DNA from: Pseudodesulfovibrio mercurii
Lineage (GTDB): Bacteria; Desulfobacterota; Desulfovibrionia; Desulfovibrionales; Desulfovibrionaceae
Direction: 5' to 3'
NCBI RefSeq assembly: GCF_000189295.2
Contig: NC_016803.1
Coordinates: 750,001 to 782,000, forward strand
DNA: 32,000 bases
Shown: positions 14,299-22,068 of the stretch, in pieces
Position numbering within the stretch: position 1 is the first letter of the stretch
How the letters are laid out: each line of letters starts with the position of its first letter
Position numbers and translations under genes: made by a program
The notes under the pieces: generated by a model
Database searches by the model: none
Seen by the model: only the letters and a program-made list of their open reading frames with translations
Told to the model about the DNA's origin: nothing

Positions 14299-17058
14299 CT
14301 AGAGCATCAGTTCTCGGACACGGGCGTTGGAATCGGCCAGCCGCTCGGACAGGAGATTTATCAGGAACCTGTTGATGGCCGTGACCAGCCTGGGCACGCG
14401 CTCCTCGATGGCGTCGAGCTTGTGCAGGGTCATGCGGTAGAGCACGCACGGCTCGGCCGCCCGGATGGTCGCCGACCTCGGGGACAGGGTGTAGATGCCC
14501 ATCTCGCCGAAGACCGCGCCGGGACCGACCTTTTTCAGCCGGATGATCCGGCCGTCGGGCAACTCCAACTCCACGTCCAGCCTGCCGGACTCCACGAAGA
14601 ACATGGAGTCCGAACTGTCCCCCTGGCGGAAGACCGCCTCGCCCGCCCTGACGGTCTCGCGCTTGAGGACCTTCATCAGGGCCGGGATGTACCGGGGCTC
14701 CGGGAAGATCGGCACCAGCAGTTCGGGCAGGGTCTTCTGCTTCATCTCGAGCATGCCCTCGCCGTCGAGCACGCGATTCTCGCACCACTCCAGGGCATAA
14801 TCCAGGTTGAAGAAGGTCCGGAACAGCCCCTCCTCATCGCCCGCGTAGCCCAGGGCGACCAGGTGCGACTCCAGCTCCAGCGGCGCGCTGGTGATGACCA
14901 CCTGGATGCCGCGCTCCACGGCCAGCTTGTACAGCTTGGCGAAGCCCAGGCTGGATGCCGAGGCGAACCCCTGGGCCAGACGGAAGTCCAGGACCAGGTA
15001 TTCCAGGGAGAGCTGCCCCCGGTCGTCCAGCCGCCTGCGGACAGCCTGGATGAGCCGCTCCATGGACCCCAGGAAGACGAACCCCTGGAGGCGCATGATG
15101 TGGATGTGGTCGCCGTACTCCCGGAGGACGCGCTGCTGCGCCGGGGCCCGGTCCACGTTGCTGGTGTGCTGGGAGCCGGAAAGCTCGTTGCGCACCACCC
15201 CGCCCCGGCTCACGCGGCCGACCGTGACCATCAGGGCCAGGGCCACGGCAAAGCCGATGCCTTCGAGCAACCCGAGGAGGATGGTGGCCGCGAAGGTCAG
15301 CCGGAGCAGCCACAGCTCGGACCGACTGGTGAAGGACGACTTGGTCCGGAAGCCCCAGTCGCGGATGAGGTCCAGCCCGGCGTAGACCAGCAGCCCCTCG
15401 GGCACGAACCGGGGGATCATGGGCAGGACGTAGTCCGCATAGAAGAGCCCGGACGCGCAGACCAGCCCGGCCACGATCCCGGCCAGGGGCCCGCGTCCGC
15501 CCGCGCCGTAGCTGCCCGCGCTACGTCCGTAGGACAGGGAGACCGGCATGCCGCAGCACAGCCCGGAGACCATGTTGGTCACGCCCAGGGCCGCGTATTC
15601 GCGGTTCAGGTCGCTCCCCCGGCCGCGGGCGAACTCCAGGCGCGTGATCCGGAACATGACCGTGAACACGGCCAGGACGACCATGGCCCCGATGTACAGC
15701 CCGTGGGACTTGATCACCGACCACTGGATGTCGCTGAAGAGCATGGGCGACCTGAGCACCTCCTGTAGGTGGACCAGCAGGGACCCCTCGGGGAAGGGCA
15801 CGGGCACGGCCAGGTCGCGCAGGGCCGGGTTCGTGCCCCAGATGGACGCCGCGTTGCCCGCGCCCACGGCCACCAGGATCAGGGCCACCAGGAACAGGGA
15901 ATTTTTGGTCCGGAACATGGCGAAGAACAGGATCAGGCCGAAGATCACGCTCGGCCCCATGGTGTAGAGATCCTTTCGGAGATCGAAGTTGGTCCCCAGG
16001 GACAGGGCCAGGCTGTAGACGTTGCTCCAGTCGAGGCTCAGCCCGCCCATCCAGGCGAAGGCCCCGAGGAGCACGAACACGCCCACCCCGCCGATGACCC
16101 CGCCGATGACCTGGAGGGGCAGAAAGCGGATGTATTCGCCCAACCGGAACCGGCCGAGCACCAACAGGCTCAGTCCGGTGAGCAGGGCCGCCACGGCGAT
16201 GCCGGCCATCAGGGTCGGCAGGATGAGTTCCGGGGAAAGGGTCTCGGCCATCTGGCGGTACATGCTGCCCAGGAACAGGAAGAGCACGGCGGTCAGGACC
16301 GTCTCGGGCCCTACCAGGGCAAAGGGGATGCGCGAGAGGAACGAATAGAAGATGGACCCGACGATGACCCCGGTCAGGGCGGTGCCGAGCAGAAACGGCA
16401 GGTACTGGTGCATGCCCGCCTGGGAGGCGGCCAACAGGGACAGGGCGTAGACGAAAAAGAGCGACAGCACGCCGGAGACGATGCCCGCATACAGGTTGAG
16501 GGTCTTGCCGCCGCGCAGAAGCCGCCAGCGGTCCGGGTCCTCGGTCTCCTCCAGGCTCGCGCCGTCCCCGTCGCCCTGGAAGTCGGCGTCCCAGACCTGG
16601 GGCTCGTCGATCTCGGCCAGGTCGCTGACGTCGATCTCGCTCTCGTCCACCTCGGGCAGCGCCTCCACCGCCTTGAGCATTGCTCCGCACCCGGAACAGG
16701 TCTCGCCGTGCCCCGGTTCCTGCACGTGCCCGCAGGCCGCGCAAATGACGTCCTCCGGTACTTGCAGGTCCACCTCGGACTCCCCGTCGTCCGGATCGAC
16801 CGGGGCGAGGGGCACGCCGTCGCCGCCCGCCGGAAGCGGGTCGCTCGCGGCCTCCCGGACCACGGGCCCGTCAGACTCCGCCATCCCCACTTCGCGGGAA
16901 CTGTCCGCGTCCACGGGAGCCCCGGCGGCGTCCGATCCGGTCCCCTCCCCGGCAATGGTCACGACCCGGCCGCAGCCGGGACAGCGGGCCCGCTGCCCGG
17001 TCAGGAGGTCCTGGACGATGCGCTCGTAGCCGCAGGAATCACACTGGAAAATCGCCAC
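14299..17058 (-). CDS. Multidomain SulP/SLC26-family anion transporter: N-terminal zinc ribbons, membrane domain, STAS and a C-terminal cyclic-nucleotide-binding domain.
   Basis: GTG start at 17058. FQCDSCGY...RCPGCG and ICAACGH...CSGCG are two zinc-ribbon-like Cys pairs separated by acidic linkers. They are followed by a long polytopic hydrophobic region and a STAS-like segment (HIHIMRLQGFVFLGS...LVLDFR). The C-terminus has FRQGDSSDSMFFVESGRL...GPGAVFGEMGIY...RSATIRA, which is a cNMP-binding fold. Confidence 0.85.
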   Translation of the reverse strand: MAIFQCDSCGYERIVQDLLTGQRARCPGCGRVVTIAGEGTGSDAAGAPVDADSSREVGMAESDGPVVREAASDPLPAGGDGVPLAPVDPDDGESEVDLQVPEDVICAACGHVQEPGHGETCSGCGAMLKAVEALPEVDESEIDVSDLAEIDEPQVWDADFQGDGDGASLEETEDPDRWRLLRGGKTLNLYAGIVSGVLSLFFVYALSLLAASQAGMHQYLPFLLGTALTGVIVGSIFYSFLSRIPFALVGPETVLTAVLFLFLGSMYRQMAETLSPELILPTLMAGIAVAALLTGLSLLVLGRFRLGEYIRFLPLQVIGGVIGGVGVFVLLGAFAWMGGLSLDWSNVYSLALSLGTNFDLRKDLYTMGPSVIFGLILFFAMFRTKNSLFLVALILVAVGAGNAASIWGTNPALRDLAVPVPFPEGSLLVHLQEVLRSPMLFSDIQWSVIKSHGLYIGAMVVLAVFTVMFRITRLEFARGRGSDLNREYAALGVTNMVSGLCCGMPVSLSYGRSAGSYGAGGRGPLAGIVAGLVCASGLFYADYVLPMIPRFVPEGLLVYAGLDLIRDWGFRTKSSFTSRSELWLLRLTFAATILLGLLEGIGFAVALALMVTVGRVSRGGVVRNELSGSQHTSNVDRAPAQQRVLREYGDHIHIMRLQGFVFLGSMERLIQAVRRRLDDRGQLSLEYLVLDFRLAQGFASASSLGFAKLYKLAVERGIQVVITSAPLELESHLVALGYAGDEEGLFRTFFNLDYALEWCENRVLDGEGMLEMKQKTLPELLVPIFPEPRYIPALMKVLKRETVRAGEAVFRQGDSSDSMFFVESGRLDVELELPDGRIIRLKKVGPGAVFGEMGIYTLSPRSATIRAAEPCVLYRMTLHKLDAIEERVPRLVTAINRFLINLLSERLADSNARVRELML

Positions 17059-17333
17059 AAAATACCGCCGGGGTCAAAAGGTGGAGCCACAGACCGGATG
17101 GAACGAAACCGGTTCCCATATTGTTTCACGCAGTTACCTACATACGTCAAGCCTTGACCCCGCGCAAGCCGATGCGCCGGCGGCCGGCGGATATGTTTTT
17201 TCGGAAAATCATATCAAGCCCCTAAAGTTTCCTATCTATGGGTCGATACAATTGGTGCGAGTGAGGCGAAATGTGTACACGGACCGTACAACCTCCCCCG
17301 CATTGTAATGTGCAATCCCACGGAAGGGCGACC

Positions 17334-18239
17334 ATGCGCAAGCATACCGTTTCCATAATCGTTTCCGACCTGGAAACCCACCCCGGCCTGCCGCGACTGT
17401 TGCAGTCCGTTTCCCGGCAGTCCGAAGGACTCGACCGGGCCGAGATCGTGGTGGCGGGAAACGGCGGACACGACCCTTCCTCCGAAACCCTCTGGCGGGC
17501 CGTCACCGGCCTCGACGCGGTCCGGCTGGAGACCTTCGAGCCCGGCGTGACCCCGTCCAGGGCGCGCAACCTGGCCGCCGCCAAGTCCATCGGCGACCGG
17601 CTGGTGTTCCTGCGGCCCGACCATCGGCTGGACCCCAAGTATCTGACCACCGCCGACGCGGTCTTCGCGGATCACCCCGAGACCGACGTCATGTACGCCG
17701 ACTACATCCGCCTGGCCCCGGGCCGCAGCCAGTCGCCCGGCCCGGCCATGATCCAGCTGCCCCCCTTCCGGGACGGCCTGCTCCAGGCGCGCGGCTTCCT
17801 GGGCCCCGGCGTGCTCATCACCCGCCAGGCCTTCGAGCGGACCGAGGGGTTCCGCGACAACACCTTCTACCGCGACTGGGACCTGTGGGTCCAGACGGCG
17901 CAGGCGGGCGGGAACTTCTACCACGTCGGCTACCCGCTGACCTCATGCGAACACCGCAAGGTCTCGTTCCGCGAACGGGCCGAGGACGGCCGGTGCAAGG
18001 CCATGCTGGTCATCAACAACCAGGCCTTCTTCCCCGACCACACCGTGCGCTGGGCGCTGGCGTATCTGCGCGGCGACGCCTGGGCCGAGGCCTTCGGCTT
18101 CATGACCATCCCCGGCCCCATGGACGTCACCCGCATGCTCCACGACCACGCCATGAAGACCATGGGCACGGACACCCTGGCGGAGGAGGCCATTCGCCAG
18201 TTCGACAAGGCGGTCATTAATTCTACAACCCTTCTCTAG
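17334..18239 (+). CDS. Family 2 glycosyltransferase.
   Basis: Track ORF 17271..18239, trimmed to ATG 17334, which is preceded by GGAAGGG. VSIIVSDLETHPGLPRLLQSVSRQS...ARNLAAAKSIGDRLVFLRPDHRL fits the GT-A fold pattern. Confidence 0.8.
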   Translation: MRKHTVSIIVSDLETHPGLPRLLQSVSRQSEGLDRAEIVVAGNGGHDPSSETLWRAVTGLDAVRLETFEPGVTPSRARNLAAAKSIGDRLVFLRPDHRLDPKYLTTADAVFADHPETDVMYADYIRLAPGRSQSPGPAMIQLPPFRDGLLQARGFLGPGVLITRQAFERTEGFRDNTFYRDWDLWVQTAQAGGNFYHVGYPLTSCEHRKVSFRERAEDGRCKAMLVINNQAFFPDHTVRWALAYLRGDAWAEAFGFMTIPGPMDVTRMLHDHAMKTMGTDTLAEEAIRQFDKAVINSTTLL

Positions 18240-18296
18240 GGGATCATTCACTCAGTCAGTGAAAGGTACGGAAGACGGCTTCCGATAGCGGGCCAT

Positions 18297-18375
18297 CTGC
18301 ACATTTTTTCCGGCCGCGCCAATCCTCACGTAGACGGCTACGCTGTGGTTGTCGCGGCCGGAAGAAAATGCACAG
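18297..18375. repeat. Long imperfect inverted repeat (extended hairpin) in the GT2 / aminotransferase intergenic region.
   Basis: ctgcacattttttccggccgcg (18297-18318) pairs with cgcggccggaagaaaatgcacag (18353-18375). This gives an 11-bp GC-rich base plus an AU-rich extension with one bulge. The 34-nt loop contains its own cgtag/ctacg mini-hairpin. Confidence 0.5.
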
Positions 18376-18468
18376 CTGACCCACTCTCGAAAGCCTAGTG
18401 CCAGCGCCGAGAGACGCTGTCGGGTGGCTGCGCCACCCGAATCGCTTCAAAAATTGAAGAAAAAGAAT

Positions 18469-18502
18469 GGCTCCGGACTCAAAATGAGTCGGGAGCCTTT
18501 TT
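18469..18502 (+). terminator. Intrinsic terminator-like hairpin.
   Basis: ggctccggactc (18469-18480) pairs with gagtcgggagcc (one mismatch) and is followed by TTTTT (18498-18502). On the minus strand the hairpin is also followed by a T-rich run. Confidence 0.6.
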
Positions 18503-18530
18503 CACGTACCCCACCACGCGCAGCGGCGAT

Positions 18531-18631
18531 AAAAAGCTTTGGAAAAGGATGGGGATGGGGGGCCGGGGGAAGGGGAAGGAAAAACCTTTCGGGAAAGGTT
18601 TTTCCTTCCCCTTCCCCCGGCCGCCGGAGGC
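18531..18631. repeat. Copy A of a ~100-nt hairpin repeat (polypurine/polypyrimidine arms).
   Basis: The core ccgggggaaggggaaggaaaaaccttt (18563-18589) pairs perfectly with aaaggtttttccttccccttcccccgg (18594-18620): a 27-bp stem with loop cggg. The flanks aaaaagctttggaaaaggatgggg and ccgccggaggc are shared with the copy at 26563-26662. Confidence 0.85.
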
Positions 18632-18633
18632 AT

Positions 18634-18667
18634 AAAAAAAGGGCCGTCCCGGAGGGCGGCCCTTTTT
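18634..18667. terminator. Bidirectional intrinsic terminator downstream of the class IV aminotransferase gene.
   Basis: An A7 run, then gggccgtcc / ggcggccc (9-bp stem including one G-U pair, 4-nt loop), then a T5 run. On the minus strand it lies about 20 nt after the stop at 18687. Confidence 0.75.
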
Positions 18668-18686
18668 GATTGGCTTGGTGACCGGC

Positions 18687-19628
18687 CTAGAGCGGGATGC
18701 CGGTGTCCTGGAGGTCCTTTTTGAGGAGCTCGCGGATGCGTTTGGCCACGGGGCCGGGCTTGACGTTGTGGATGGGCTTGCCGTTGAAGCGGACCACGGG
18801 GATGGCGTCGCCGGTGGTGCCGACGATGATGACCTCGCGGGCCAGGAGGATTTCCTCTTCGCTGATGCTGCGGAAGACGATGGGCAGCTCGTTCTTGATC
18901 AGGTCCACGGCGCGCATGAGGGTGGTTCCGGCCAGGGCGTTGGTGAACTCCGGGATGATCAGGCTGCCGCCGTCGTCCACGATGCACACGTTTTCGGTGG
19001 CCCCTTCGGCCAGGAACCCGTTGTGGTCGAAGCAGAACGGGAAGTCGTAGCCCTTTTCCTCTGCCTCGTGCTTCATGAGCACGTTGGGCAGATAGTCGAT
19101 GGACTTGATGGTCGCCAGGTACGACTGCTTGGCGGGGATGGAGGTCTTGAAGGCGGTGACGCCCTTCTCGTAGACCGACTCCGGTTTGGGATGCAGGTCA
19201 TAGGCGACCACGTAGAGGCTGGCCTCGGGGCACTCGGACGGATAGATGCCGAAGCCGCCGGGGCCGCGCCCGATGAGCACGCGGACCATGCCGTCGTCCC
19301 GGCCGCCCGCACGGGCCACATCCAGGATGAGCCCGCGGATGTCGTCCCAGGAGCACGGCGGGGTCATGTAGATGGCCTCGCAGGAACGCTGCATGCGGGC
19401 CATGTGCGGCTCGAGCTGGTAGAGCTTCCTGCCCACGAACTTCATGGTCTCGAAGATGCCGTCGCCGCGATGGACCAGGTGGTCGTCCCAGGGCATGAGC
19501 ATGAGCTTGGGGTCCGTGCAGACCAGCCCCACACGGTGTTCGTAGAAGGCCTGGATCTCGTGGGCACCGGGGCGCTCCACGGCCAGCATGGCCTCCAAAT
19601 AGGCTTTTGAATCCGCTACCTTGGCCAC
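18687..19628 (-). CDS. Class IV (fold-type IV) PLP aminotransferase of the branched-chain / D-amino-acid aminotransferase family.
   Basis: GTG start at 19628, preceded by AAGGAG with a 6-nt spacer. HRGDGIFETM, the candidate Lys motif ATIKSIDYLPNVLMKHEAEEKG, and EGATENVCIV are present. Confidence 0.88.
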   Translation of the reverse strand: MAKVADSKAYLEAMLAVERPGAHEIQAFYEHRVGLVCTDPKLMLMPWDDHLVHRGDGIFETMKFVGRKLYQLEPHMARMQRSCEAIYMTPPCSWDDIRGLILDVARAGGRDDGMVRVLIGRGPGGFGIYPSECPEASLYVVAYDLHPKPESVYEKGVTAFKTSIPAKQSYLATIKSIDYLPNVLMKHEAEEKGYDFPFCFDHNGFLAEGATENVCIVDDGGSLIIPEFTNALAGTTLMRAVDLIKNELPIVFRSISEEEILLAREVIIVGTTGDAIPVVRFNGKPIHNVKPGPVAKRIRELLKKDLQDTGIPL

Positions 19629-19638
19629 GATGAACTCC

Positions 19639-20664
<1,026 letters not shown>

Positions 20665-20682
20665 TTTCCTTACCCCCAAAGA

Positions 20683-21555
20683 CTATATATTGAGATTTTT
20701 TCCGATTTCCAGAACGGCCTCGGCGCGATTGAGCGTGTACAGATGCACGCCCGGCGCGCCCCCTTCGATGAGTTCGCGGGCCTGTTTGGTGGCGTAGTCG
20801 ATGCCGAGTCTGTACACGGCATCGTCACCGCCCTCCTCATGCGCCTTTTCCAGGGCGCTCAGGAATTTGCCCGGAATGGCGGCGCCACACAGGCCGAGGA
20901 TGAACTTGGCGGACTTCAGGCTCATGATCGGCAGGATGCCGGGGATGACCGGCACGTCGGAACCCATGAGCTTGAGCCGCTCCACGTAGTCGAAATACAT
21001 GCGGTTGTCGAAGAACAGCTGGGTCACCAGGAACTTCGCGCCCTTGCGCACCTTGAGGTGGACCATGTCCAGGTCCGAGCGGATGGACGGGGACTCGCAG
21101 TGGGGCTCGGGATAGGCCGCGCCGCCCACGCACAGGGAGGGATAGCGCGCGCAGATGTACTCGATGAGGTCCGAGGCGTGCTTGAACTCCTGGGCGTTGA
21201 AGTCGAAGTCCACCACGCCGCGGGGCGGATCGCCGCGCAGGGCCAGGACGTTGTCGATACCCGCCTCGATGAGGCTTTCGAGGAAACCGTCCAGCTTTGC
21301 GGCCGAGGCCCCCACGCTGGTCAGGTGGGTGACCGGCTCGATGCCGTGGTCCCGTTTCATCCGGGTGGCTATCTCCAGGGTGTTGTCCTGGGTTCCGCCG
21401 CCCGCGCCGTAGGTCACGGACGCGAACAGGGGATCGAGGACCTTGAGCTTGTCCACCACCTCGAAAAAGGCGGGCCAGGCCTCCCGCTCCTTGGGCGGGA
21501 AAAACTCCATGGAGATGAACGGGGACTTCCCGTCGATCAGATCACAAACGCGCAA
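20683..21555 (-). CDS. metF: Methylenetetrahydrofolate reductase.
   Basis: FISMEFFPPKEREAW, SVTYGAGGGT and ALRGDPP are present. The track ORF begins at TTG 21573. However, AAGGAG sits inside its first codons and is followed 6 nt later by in-frame TTG 21555, which I prefer as the start. The start is uncertain by 18 nt. Confidence 0.88.
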   Translation of the reverse strand: MRVCDLIDGKSPFISMEFFPPKEREAWPAFFEVVDKLKVLDPLFASVTYGAGGGTQDNTLEIATRMKRDHGIEPVTHLTSVGASAAKLDGFLESLIEAGIDNVLALRGDPPRGVVDFDFNAQEFKHASDLIEYICARYPSLCVGGAAYPEPHCESPSIRSDLDMVHLKVRKGAKFLVTQLFFDNRMYFDYVERLKLMGSDVPVIPGILPIMSLKSAKFILGLCGAAIPGKFLSALEKAHEEGGDDAVYRLGIDYATKQARELIEGGAPGVHLYTLNRAEAVLEIGKNLNI

Positions 21556-21678
21556 AGCAGACTCCTTCAACAATCACTTCAAGAACGACCCATGCCGGGC
21601 AAGTGAAGATACATACTCCTTCTCCGCCCAACGTTCAATGGAGAAATGGCGTCAATCCACGCCCGGCGGGCATCGGAA

Positions 21679-22068
21679 TCATGCATGGAGGGCTTCGACA
21701 ATGACGATGTCGGCGGGCAGGAAGTCCAGGGCGGGCGACAGGCGGGGATCGACCCAGGCCATGCGCTGCTTTTCCATACTCTGCAACTCACCGGAATACT
21801 TCGTAATATGGAAAAAATACAGATGCACGGCGAACTCGTCGTACTCGTGGCGCAGGTCGCGCCAGTAGGCGAACTCCACGGGCGTGACGGCCAGCTCCTC
21901 ACGGAACTCGCGGACCAGGGCCTGCTCGCGCGTCTCGCCCTGCTCCACCTTGCCGCCCGGAAACTCCCACCATCCGGCCATGGGGCCACCCTCGGGCCGC
22001 TGTACGGCCAGGTAGAGCCCGTCGCGCCAAACGATGCCCGCGACCACTTCCAGGACGGGCTTGGTCAC
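21679..22068 (-). CDS. NUDIX hydrolase (MutT-like).
   Basis: Nudix box GGKVEQGETREQALVREFREELAV. GTG 22068 overlaps the upstream ABC-F stop as GTGA. The longer 155-aa track ORF would overlap the ABC-F gene. Confidence 0.85.
   Translation of the reverse strand: MTKPVLEVVAGIVWRDGLYLAVQRPEGGPMAGWWEFPGGKVEQGETREQALVREFREELAVTPVEFAYWRDLRHEYDEFAVHLYFFHITKYSGELQSMEKQRMAWVDPRLSPALDFLPADIVIVEALHA

Noticed and set aside
18349-18987. ORFs running through the hairpin repeats (18349..18669+, 18502..18987-, 18539..18724+, 26365..26616-), giving peptides such as ...GGRGRKNLSGKVFPSPSPG...
   Set aside because: They are read-throughs of palindromic repeat DNA: the same element gives similar peptides on both strands. 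They have no start context, and one overlaps the aminotransferase gene in antisense.
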